Positions 18,792-25,807 of a stretch of DNA of 26,160 bases are shown piece by piece. Position numbers and translations under genes: made by a program. The DNA lies in IMG/VR virus record IMGVR_UViG_3300025009_000348, positions 1-26,160 of that record; one strand, given 5' to 3'. Within the stretch, counting starts at the first letter, position 1; each line of letters opens with the position of its first letter. This DNA comes from a virus (Duplodnaviria > Caudoviricetes). The notes under the pieces are model-generated. The model saw only the letters and a list, made by a program, of their open reading frames with translations, did no database searches and was not told the DNA's origin.

Positions 18792-18804
18792 AAAGGAGAT
18801 AGAA

Positions 18805-19086
18805 ATGAAAGTAAATTTATATGTAATACTAACTGATTTAAAGGGTAACGAAGTTAAACAAGGTGATGAGCTTATTTTTCTTGCTGACTTGTGTGTAAAT
18901 GCTTTACTGAGTGGTGAAGGTAAAGAAGATAAACTAAAATGCTTTAAACTTGCAACTGCTATAAACACCTCCCCTGCGGAAGTTGAAATGACTGTGGAAG
19001 ATGCTAGTTTCTTAAAGTCTATTTTGAATAATTCAAGTTATACCCCACTTGTTATTGGTCGTGTATTTGAAATCTTAGAGGGTTAG
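18805..19086 (+). CDS. Small conserved phage protein downstream of the tail fibre (putative fibre assembly chaperone)
   Basis: 93 aa, strong RBS AAGGAG. Pattern DLCVNALL...DKLKCFKLA...VEMTVED...PLVIGR recalled from post-fibre genes. Function inferred from position. Confidence 0.5.
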   Translation: MKVNLYVILTDLKGNEVKQGDELIFLADLCVNALLSGEGKEDKLKCFKLATAINTSPAEVEMTVEDASFLKSILNNSSYTPLVIGRVFEILEG

Positions 19087-19100
19087 AGGTAAGTACTACT

Positions 19101-19379
19101 ATGAGTGAACTTAAAGAATCTTGTGATGTGTGTCCAGCCCATAGTGGTGTTGAAGGTAAACAACAACTTATTATTTGGTTATTGGGTATTATGATTGCTA
19201 TTACATTAAGTGTAGGTAGTTATACAACACTATCCTTAAATGAAATACAAAAACAAGTTTATATTATACCAACACAACTTAAGTATCTTTCTGATAATGA
19301 TAATGAAATTAAAGACTCTTTTAAAAAATTAGAAGAGCGGGTTAATTTACTTGAACATACTATAAGGAACACTAAATAA
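19101..19379 (+). CDS. Single-TM coiled-coil membrane protein (holin/antiholin-like)
   Basis: 92 aa with one TM segment (LIIWLLGIMIAITLSVGSY) and a C-terminal coiled coil. Directly upstream of and TAATG-coupled to the endolysin. Confidence 0.55.
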   Translation: MSELKESCDVCPAHSGVEGKQQLIIWLLGIMIAITLSVGSYTTLSLNEIQKQVYIIPTQLKYLSDNDNEIKDSFKKLEERVNLLEHTIRNTK

Positions 19380-19810
19380 TGACTAAAATGTTAGGACCAC
19401 CTAAAGGTATTATTATTCACCACTCCTTAACTAAGGACGGTAAAACTGAATCTTGGGCCTCTATTAAGAAATACCATATGGAGGAGAAAGGTTGGGATAA
19501 TATTGGATATCATCTCGGCCTTGAGTATGTGGGTGACAAAGTAATGATTATAGAGGGTCGCCCTATGAATATGCAAGGTGGTCATTGTGTAGGCAAGAAC
19601 ACTTGGTTGGGTATTTGTGTTGTAGGTAATTTTGATCAAGAGAAGTGTCCCTCGGATAAGTTTGAATCTCTTGTAGAATTAGTACGAGCATTGGTAGGTC
19701 AATACAAGTTTACTAAGGAACAAATACAACCACATAATAAATATGCACCTAAGTCTTGTCCGGGCAAGCTATTTCAATTTCAGGAATTAATTACACGAGT
19801 GTTTACTTAA
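19379..19810 (+). CDS. Endolysin, N-acetylmuramoyl-L-alanine amidase (Amidase_2 / T7 lysozyme-like)
   Basis: IIIHHS, GWDNIGYH, GGHC, GICVVGNF, and H...KSCPG zinc-amidase motifs. Confidence 0.92.
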   Translation: MTKMLGPPKGIIIHHSLTKDGKTESWASIKKYHMEEKGWDNIGYHLGLEYVGDKVMIIEGRPMNMQGGHCVGKNTWLGICVVGNFDQEKCPSDKFESLVELVRALVGQYKFTKEQIQPHNKYAPKSCPGKLFQFQELITRVFT

Positions 19811-19812
19811 GT

Positions 19813-20040
19813 ATGCAAAAATTCTTTATACATCTTTTAACTGGTCTTGATAATAGAACATATGATCTAGGAAGGGTATCACTCCTTTCAGGGTTACTTG
19901 TTTTTTATTATAATGCTATTTCTGCTTGTTATCAAACTGGTATATTTAATATGCAGGAGTTTGGGGTTGGTTTTGGAGCACTTTGTGGGGGAGTTGGTGT
20001 TCTCCTTAAACTTAAAGAGGGATCGGAACCTAAAGAATGA
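19813..20040 (+). CDS. Putative holin (2 TM)
   Basis: ATG at 19813 preferred over TTG 19756, which overlaps the amidase. 75 aa with LTGLDNRTYDLGRV motif, two hydrophobic segments and a charged C-tail KLKEGSEPKE. Confidence 0.65.
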   Translation: MQKFFIHLLTGLDNRTYDLGRVSLLSGLLVFYYNAISACYQTGIFNMQEFGVGFGALCGGVGVLLKLKEGSEPKE

Positions 20041-20639
20041 TAAAATTCCTTGAAGAGAATAAAATAAAGATAAAACGATGGGGTTTTAAAGCCTTTATTG
20101 TTATCTGTGCTATAGCTAGTATGCTTTTTGTGTATAAACTCTTTGGCAAGGCTTCTACGCCCTCTGGTGAGGTATTAGTGGCTAATACCCCTTCTGTGGT
20201 ACAGGATGTACCTACTATAGTTGTCTCAAGACCTAAAGTTAGAGTTTATGATAAGAAAAGGGTAGCAGAAGAGGTAAAGGTACAAGCAGGAATTGTTGAA
20301 GATAATACAAAGGATATATTAGCAATTAAAGAGATACCTCCTTCGGAGGGTGGCTATATTGCAACTGCTGTTTTGAATAATAGTAACGGTATAACGGATT
20401 TGCACCTTGTTGAGAAACCACAGAAGTTATTTGGTTTTGGGGGTAAAACAGAGGTGGGAGGTAGAGTTGGTTTATCTTCTAAGGGAGGTTTTGCGGTGAC
20501 TGGTTTTGTAAGGCAGGATTTATTACGAGTTAATAATTTTTATACTTCTGGATATGGTGAGGTTACTGGTACTTTAGTAAATAATATAGTAGAGGATGCG
20601 GCAGCTAAAGTAATGGTAGATGTAAGTTACCGATGGTAA
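20037..20639 (+). CDS. Spanin-position membrane protein with N-terminal TM helix and C-terminal amphipathic beta-strands
   Basis: 200 aa, ATGA overlap with the holin. TM segment at ~aa 15-36. Ends VMVDVSYRW. Confidence 0.55.
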   Translation: MIKFLEENKIKIKRWGFKAFIVICAIASMLFVYKLFGKASTPSGEVLVANTPSVVQDVPTIVVSRPKVRVYDKKRVAEEVKVQAGIVEDNTKDILAIKEIPPSEGGYIATAVLNNSNGITDLHLVEKPQKLFGFGGKTEVGGRVGLSSKGGFAVTGFVRQDLLRVNNFYTSGYGEVTGTLVNNIVEDAAAKVMVDVSYRW

Positions 20640-20719
20640 AGTGTATAGGTTGTCCTGTTAGATATAAGGGAGCTCTTAAATGCTCCGCTTATAAAGATTG
20701 TCAGTGGTTCCTTAAATAG
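20633..20719 (+). CDS. Possible 28-aa Cys-rich peptide MVKCIGCPVRYKGALKCSAYKDCQWFLK
   Basis: Below the ORF-track cutoff. ATG overlaps the previous stop by 7 nt. CxxC-x9-C-x5-C pattern. No clear RBS. Confidence 0.35.
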   Translation: MVKCIGCPVRYKGALKCSAYKDCQWFLK

Positions 20720-20750
20720 GTTGTTAATAAAACAACCTTAAAATTTTAAC

Positions 20751-20787
20751 AAAACAAAAGCCCCTACTCCTTGTTGGAGAGGGGCTT
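20751..20787 (-). terminator. Intrinsic terminator (probably bidirectional) between the convergent operons
   Basis: AAGCCCCT-a-CTCC-ttgtt-GGAG-AGGGGCTT hairpin at 20758-20787. The minus strand runs out as TTTTGTTTT; the plus strand has a weaker TTAAGTCTTT. Confidence 0.85.
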
Positions 20788-20858
20788 AAGTCTTTAAATA
20801 ACATAGTTAATACAATTATTCCCTAATAGCTTTCTTTTTTCTCTTCTTTTCTTTCTAT
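20751..20858 (-). ncRNA. Candidate ~108-nt small RNA
   Basis: Bounded by a near-consensus promoter (20865-20893) and the terminator (20751-20787), with no complete credible ORF between them. 5' A/G-only tract. Confidence 0.5.
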
Positions 20859-20864
20859 GGTTTA

Positions 20865-20893
20865 ATTATACCATATTTTTATCTATAAGTCAA
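20865..20893 (-). promoter_or_regulatory. Sigma70-type promoter TTGACT-N17-TATAAT with extended -10 TG
   Basis: Minus strand reads TTGACT (20893-20888) tatagataaaaatatgg TATAAT (20870-20865). Confidence 0.8.
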
Positions 20894-21338
20894 GACTTTC
20901 TTCTAGTTTTAAAAATCCATCCGTAATTTTACTGACACTCTCCTCTAATTCCCAAGGCCAGCGCTTTAGTAGAGATTCTCTCAACTCGTTATCTTCTATC
21001 TTCTCAATAAAAGTAAGACCACTAACATACATATTATTTACTGGTATATGTACCATCTCATGAATAATACAAGTTATAAACTTTAGTGATGTTAAATTAT
21101 CTTTAATATACATATTAGCTTTTCGTGTTGTTTGATAAATGTCTGTACAACCATTGGTACTACCCTCAAATAATACCCCATGCTTCTTAGCATATTTAGC
21201 TGCTGATATTACCTGTACATTAATCTTCCAATGTTGAAGTTGAAGGAGTTCCTGATACTTGGTTACAACACTCTCCGCAAAATTCTGTAGATTCTGTAAC
21301 TCTTCCTTGGATTTCGGTTCTGCATATGATATGCTCAA
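20883..21338 (-). CDS. Putative HExxH metallopeptidase-like protein
   Basis: 151 aa with IIHEMVH motif and downstream ELEE. TTG start with AAAGGA RBS. Confidence 0.6.
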   Translation of the reverse strand: MSISYAEPKSKEELQNLQNFAESVVTKYQELLQLQHWKINVQVISAAKYAKKHGVLFEGSTNGCTDIYQTTRKANMYIKDNLTSLKFITCIIHEMVHIPVNNMYVSGLTFIEKIEDNELRESLLKRWPWELEESVSKITDGFLKLEESLDL

Positions 21339-21552
21339 TTTGCTTCCTTTCTAGTGCAGGAGGATTAGGAATATTTATCTCAGGACAATTTTGAATTAAG
21401 CTAGTTAAGTGTTTTAGTATTTTAGTACCATTATCATAATACCCTATAGCTTCATCTTGGTTAGAAAAGTACTTCTTAAAATCCCTCTTAAACTTATTTA
21501 AAGATATAAGAAGATGTTGTTTGGGTGTTGCTTCTTCACAGGCGCTACACAT
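21220..21552 (-). CDS. Hypothetical protein (N-terminal CxxC)
   Basis: 110 aa, RBS GGGAGG, start overlaps the upstream stop. 3' end overlaps the next gene by 119 nt. Confidence 0.55.
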   Translation of the reverse strand: MCSACEEATPKQHLLISLNKFKRDFKKYFSNQDEAIGYYDNGTKILKHLTSLIQNCPEINIPNPPALERKQIEHIICRTEIQGRVTESTEFCGECCNQVSGTPSTSTLED

Positions 21553-21820
21553 GTTTTGCCTCCCTTTTACTCATCTCTTCTTTCTTAAGCATATTTAAAG
21601 TATACTCAAGTAGTTTATCCTTCTTTTTAGCCTCTTCTTTCTCCCACTTCTTAGCCGCTTTAGCCGCCTCGTAGAGGCAGGTAGCTAAACCATCTTCAAA
21701 GATATGTTCAAAGGTACACAATCTTTTATTATTAATTTGGAGAGAGTATATTTGTCTACCTTCGCCATATCTACCCATACCTAAACTAAGCTCTTCAGTT
21801 TTATTAATTATCGCTATCAT
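21545..21820 (-). CDS. Hypothetical phage protein
   Basis: 91 aa, RBS GTGAGG. Y.LQIN...FEH...GLATCL..AAKA pattern resembles small conserved phage proteins. Confidence 0.65.
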   Translation of the reverse strand: MIAIINKTEELSLGMGRYGEGRQIYSLQINNKRLCTFEHIFEDGLATCLYEAAKAAKKWEKEEAKKKDKLLEYTLNMLKKEEMSKREAKHV

Positions 21821-21857
21821 GATTCTTCCTCACTTTGCTCGTTGAATTGGGTAGGGC

Positions 21858-22040
21858 TTATTCTTTGTCTCGCTTAACAACATCACACTCACAATTAGGA
21901 TACATTTTTTCATTTTTCCAATCATACTTATAATATTGTTTACAAATAAGGCATCTAGGTCTTTCTACTCCTGCCATATTAATCTCCTTTTCTGTAGGTG
22001 ACATAAAAGAATTATCTCTTAAGAAATTTCCGAGAATCAT
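21858..22040 (-). CDS. Hypothetical small protein, possible zinc binder (CxxC...CxC)
   Basis: 60 aa, ATGA overlap with the RNR stop. Confidence 0.55.
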   Translation of the reverse strand: MILGNFLRDNSFMSPTEKEINMAGVERPRCLICKQYYKYDWKNEKMYPNCECDVVKRDKE

Positions 22041-23716
22041 ATACTACACACCCCACCTGAACATGTACTCTCTTCTGCATATTCTATACCATGATGTTTT
22101 ATTGCCTCTTCATAGGGAACTTCTGTAAGTGGTTGACCACCACGAGAACCATTAGGGTATACAGTAATACCCCTAAGTCCATGACAATAAGTAAGTAAAG
22201 TATCTGCAAGTTTCCTAGAGGTATCAATATTATTAAACTCAGTATCCCAACTAGGCAAATTAATAGTAGAGCTAATAGCCATATCAACATACTTTTGTAT
22301 TTCATATTGAAATTTTATCCTTTGTTCGGGATTGGGAGCAAGGGAGTTACTTGTTTCGATAGAGTCGGGGTGTATTCCAAAATCGTTAATAAGCCGTTGA
22401 GCCGTCGAGTCAATAACATATTGATATTTCCATCGTGTGCCACCTTCAAGATAGCGTCTTTTATAAGCAACTGCAAAGAGGGGTTCAATTCCCGTTGAAG
22501 TAGCTGCTAAAATTCCTATTGTCCCGGCAGGTGCTAGTGCATTGTATTTAACACAGGGGGAGATAAAGAGTCGTTCTGTATGTTCGTCTGCTCCTCGCTT
22601 TGTTTCATCCTTCCAAACTCCCAACCAAGATTTAAGTTCATCATTTACCTCATATTTATAACCTCGTTGAATAAGCCACTCATGTACACCCATAAGACCA
22701 AGACCTATTTTACGTGCCTTCTCTCTTGTCTCATATACACGCTGATAAGGAAGATCAGCCCTGAGAGTACCACACACCAAGAACTTAGAAGCAAGACTAA
22801 CCACATCTTTGAGCTCGTCGATACTAGATATGTTTCCAAGGTTAATAGAGCCAAGATTGCATACATCGGAGTCATATTCAGAAGTGACCTCGCAACACGC
22901 ATTTCTACCAGTGTCATTTTCATTCTCCCAAAAGTTATAACTATGTCCCGGCTCACCGGTTTGGCACATTTTCTTTACTGAGTCATACCAAAGATCAGGA
23001 ACACAACCTTTTATAAAACCCTCTTTGGTTTTCGCGTTAGCGTAACATCGTTCAAGGAATGATGTACTCCAATTGATTGAGATATTAGTCATATCTAGTG
23101 GGGCAGGGAAGTTAAAATCTTTACTCTTAGCTAGTTTGATTTCCTCTGACCAATCCTTTGTTGTTAAGAATTGAGGTGTGTCCTCATGCTGCCAGTTAAG
23201 TGAACCATATATAGCTGATCGTCTTGATCCTCCTTGCATAACATTCCTACCAATCTCGTTAGTGATGTGCATGAGGGGTATTGGACCAGAAGAGATACCT
23301 CCAGTTTTTCCCAAACTTCTTCCTTGTGGTCTAAAGATAGAGTAATCCACACCGATGCCGCCACCGGACATGAGACACGAAGTAGCATCTCCTGCGAGTC
23401 TTGCCCACTCTTCACGCGTATCCTCCATTCCCTTTAAGATAAAACAATTATTGTAAAAGCTAACAGGTCTACCTGCATAATAAAGGTAACGACCACCGGG
23501 AATAAACTTCATTTCTACCATATATTTAATAAGTTGTTCTTGATCACTTATAGACATAAGCATTGTTGTTGTAGGTTTAGCACTTAAACTTCGATCACCA
23601 CATACATCATTTACCAAGCGTCTACATAGGTTAGGCCATGTATCACTTATTCCTTGGGCGTACTTTGATCTAAAGATTGCTTCCGCAAAAGGTGTTTTAA
23701 ATTTAAAGTTGTTCAA
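22037..23716 (-). CDS. nrdJ: Class II (adenosylcobalamin-dependent) ribonucleotide reductase
   Basis: 559 aa. PGGR, NNCF, GGGIG, GGSRRSA, NACCE finger loop, CNLGSINL, APAGT, ISSTIN, and C-terminal CSGGVC shuttle cysteines. No ATP cone and no adjacent beta-subunit gene. TTG start with GAGG RBS. Confidence 0.85.
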   Translation of the reverse strand: MNNFKFKTPFAEAIFRSKYAQGISDTWPNLCRRLVNDVCGDRSLSAKPTTTMLMSISDQEQLIKYMVEMKFIPGGRYLYYAGRPVSFYNNCFILKGMEDTREEWARLAGDATSCLMSGGGIGVDYSIFRPQGRSLGKTGGISSGPIPLMHITNEIGRNVMQGGSRRSAIYGSLNWQHEDTPQFLTTKDWSEEIKLAKSKDFNFPAPLDMTNISINWSTSFLERCYANAKTKEGFIKGCVPDLWYDSVKKMCQTGEPGHSYNFWENENDTGRNACCEVTSEYDSDVCNLGSINLGNISSIDELKDVVSLASKFLVCGTLRADLPYQRVYETREKARKIGLGLMGVHEWLIQRGYKYEVNDELKSWLGVWKDETKRGADEHTERLFISPCVKYNALAPAGTIGILAATSTGIEPLFAVAYKRRYLEGGTRWKYQYVIDSTAQRLINDFGIHPDSIETSNSLAPNPEQRIKFQYEIQKYVDMAISSTINLPSWDTEFNNIDTSRKLADTLLTYCHGLRGITVYPNGSRGGQPLTEVPYEEAIKHHGIEYAEESTCSGGVCSI

Positions 23717-23901
23717 ATATTAATCCTCTCAATTGTTATTTTCCAATCTCCCTTTTCCACACCACCTTCAGTAACACCTTCTATAACAATTTCTGATTTA
23801 GTTGAGTTATGATCAAAGGAATTACAACAAAGTAAAGTAACACATTCCCTAAGACCTTTACCATCTTCTTCAAGAAATTTTTTAAACTCCGCTGCTTCCA
23901 T
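23713..23901 (-). CDS. Hypothetical protein
   Basis: 62 aa, RBS GGAGGG, TTGA overlap with the RNR start. Confidence 0.65.
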   Translation of the reverse strand: MEAAEFKKFLEEDGKGLRECVTLLCCNSFDHNSTKSEIVIEGVTEGGVEKGDWKITIERINI

Positions 23902-23924
23902 CCCGCTTCCCTCCTTTGGTGGTA

Positions 23925-24344
23925 TTACTGACCAGTACTACCATATCCCCCCTCCCCACGCTCTGTATCATCTAACTCTTTTACCTCTTCCCACTCACAT
24001 CGCTCTACGGGACAAAGTACCATCTGAGCTATGCGATCACCATCTTCTACAAAATGGCCATACTTACTATGGAGGATAACCCCCACTTCACCCCTAAAGT
24101 CTGAATCAATGGTGCCAGGACTATTTGCTACGGTAACACCCTTTATACTAAGACCACTTCTACTTCGTACTTGTAACTCATAACCATAAGGAATCTCTAC
24201 ACTAAACCCAAGAGGGAATACCCTTGTTTCATTAGTAGGCATCCAGCCAAAGGTATAAGCATATACATCCATACCTGCACTACCATCCGTTGCATAGGTA
24301 GGTAGCTTAACATCATCGTGTAGTTTCTTAATTTTAATTTGCAT
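23925..24344 (-). CDS. dut: Trimeric dUTPase
   Basis: All five motifs present: AGMD, RSG, GTIDSDFRGE, GDRIAQ, RGEGGYGSTG. Confidence 0.97.
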   Translation of the reverse strand: MQIKIKKLHDDVKLPTYATDGSAGMDVYAYTFGWMPTNETRVFPLGFSVEIPYGYELQVRSRSGLSIKGVTVANSPGTIDSDFRGEVGVILHSKYGHFVEDGDRIAQMVLCPVERCEWEEVKELDDTERGEGGYGSTGQ

Positions 24345-24362
24345 TAAATTATAATCTCCAAT

Positions 24363-24509
24363 TTAATTTTCATCGCTCTCAATAGCCTCCATTGCATCAT
24401 CAAAACCTTCCCAATTATCTACACCAGCACCTTCTAAAGCCCATAGTTTATATCTATCTTGTCTAAGGGCTTGATACTCTCTGAGAGGTATTGTTATTTG
24501 ATCAATCAT
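24363..24509 (-). CDS. 48-aa conserved small phage protein (GVDNW motif)
   Basis: Absent from the ORF track. MIDQITIPLREYQALRQDRYKLWALEGAGVDNWEGFDDAMEAIESDEN fills the gap and its start overlaps the upstream stop. Confidence 0.8.
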   Translation of the reverse strand: MIDQITIPLREYQALRQDRYKLWALEGAGVDNWEGFDDAMEAIESDEN

Positions 24510-24696
24510 GTATTCCCACCCATATTGCTACAATAATTGCTAAACTAATAACTACGGCTAGTGGTATCCAAAGGGGTGCTAATACCCAACACCAAGACCA
24601 AGTAATATAATTAGTTAGTTTAAGGGTTATAAAGATTAGTGTGAGGAGTGAGCAAAAACCTAGACCTGCTGACTTACTTTCCGTTTGTGTGGACAT
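24502..24696 (-). CDS. Small phage membrane protein
   Basis: 64 aa with the widespread LTLIFITLKLT..ITWSWxWVLAPLWIP motif. RBS GGAGG. Confidence 0.85.
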   Translation of the reverse strand: MSTQTESKSAGLGFCSLLTLIFITLKLTNYITWSWCWVLAPLWIPLAVVISLAIIVAIWVGIHD

Positions 24697-24880
24697 AATA
24701 TGCCTCCGTTGTTTCTAACAACCTCAAAGCGTAAGCTTCTCTAAAATAATACTTCCTTGGTGAGATAGAATTTGGATTAATAAACCAATATATACTTGTT
24801 TTACCATCTCTTACTATAATCCAACCATTCATAATTAATTCCCTAAATCTATCTACATACTCTTTCCAGTTAAGCCGCAT
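24674..24880 (-). CDS. Hypothetical protein (68 aa, MRLNWKEY...)
   Basis: Start reassigned from 24934 to ATG 24880, which has a GGAGG RBS and a short overlap with the phosphoesterase stop. Confidence 0.6.
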   Translation of the reverse strand: MRLNWKEYVDRFRELIMNGWIIVRDGKTSIYWFINPNSISPRKYYFREAYALRLLETTEAYYVHTNGK

Positions 24881-25637
24881 ACTTCCTCCGTAGATAATCA
24901 AGGGAAAGAGGCATTTCATCTGTACTTCCATCAATTACATCATGTAAAAACCATATACCCTTCCAACATTTATTATTTTGTGCAGTCATATAATCCTCGT
25001 CATGTTGATAGAAACTACCACTGATAATCCCTGTCATACGAGTACCATCTGCCCGTTGACCATAGCTTATGTCTCGTCCTTGTTGGTGTCCAGCCACGCA
25101 AGACATATGGTGCTTAGTGAGAAGCATACGTGCGCTAGAAACCGGACGACCAAGTACACCAGAAACAAAATAGTGACTATATGCAATTCCATCAATCGTA
25201 ACCACTTCAAGATAGGGGTAAACTTCCCACCCATACTCTTCATAAGTCAAGTCCTTTACACTAATGAGTCCCTCAATCTTAGGGTCACTCTCTATTGCTC
25301 GATTAATCCTATTCTCGTGGTTGCCTAATGTGAGCACCATACGAGGATTCCATCTTTTCTCTTTATTACGTATAAGGCGTTGTTGCTCTTGTCTAATAGG
25401 TTCTAGGAAGGTACACATAGCTTCTTGAGCTACTTCTATATCCTTTGTATACCGCCTACCTTCAAAGCTTTTCTTTCCTACATCATAGGAACTAAGGGAA
25501 GGCATATCAGCAAAATCACCTAAACAAATAATTGTATCAGGCCTCTTCTCTGCTATGTAACGAGCTGCCCATGTAAGATGATCTAGGGAAACACCTTCTT
25601 TTGCTTGTACGTCAGGAATTACACAATGAACACTCAT
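24870..25637 (-). CDS. Calcineurin-like metallophosphoesterase
   Basis: IPDVQ, LGDFAD, GNHE, YSHY and GHQQ motifs. Confidence 0.9.
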   Translation of the reverse strand: MSVHCVIPDVQAKEGVSLDHLTWAARYIAEKRPDTIICLGDFADMPSLSSYDVGKKSFEGRRYTKDIEVAQEAMCTFLEPIRQEQQRLIRNKEKRWNPRMVLTLGNHENRINRAIESDPKIEGLISVKDLTYEEYGWEVYPYLEVVTIDGIAYSHYFVSGVLGRPVSSARMLLTKHHMSCVAGHQQGRDISYGQRADGTRMTGIISGSFYQHDEDYMTAQNNKCWKGIWFLHDVIDGSTDEMPLSLDYLRRKYAA

Positions 25638-25807
25638 TTAGTAACCTTTCTTTTAGGTGAGGATTTCGTTTCGACGAAATCGGGGAAGGGCCACATACCC
25701 TTCGCATCCCAATTAAGCTGCTTCTCCGAAGTTTGAAAAACCTTCTTACTCTTCGTCCTTTTCTCTTTTGTAGTAACTTCTTTCCCGTCTTTCTTGATCT
25801 TGTTCAC
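25634..25807 (-). CDS. 57-aa Lys-rich protein with WPFP motif
   Basis: Absent from the ORF track. GTG start with GGGAG RBS and ATGA overlap with the phosphoesterase start. MNKIKKDGKEVTTKEKRTKSKKVFQTSEKQLNWDAKGMWPFPDFVETKSSPKRKVTK. Confidence 0.55.
   Translation of the reverse strand: MNKIKKDGKEVTTKEKRTKSKKVFQTSEKQLNWDAKGMWPFPDFVETKSSPKRKVTK

Noticed and set aside
18713-18804. Known self-cleaving ribozyme (hammerhead, HDV-like, pistol, twister)
   Set aside because: No CUGANGA core, and the required P2/P3 arrangement for an HDV-like fold could not be built. Kept only as a generic structured element.
20724-20804. Minus-strand mini-ORF MLFKDLSPSPTRSRGFCFVKILRLFY downstream of the sigma70 promoter
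   Set aside because: It runs through the intrinsic terminator and has no properly spaced RBS.
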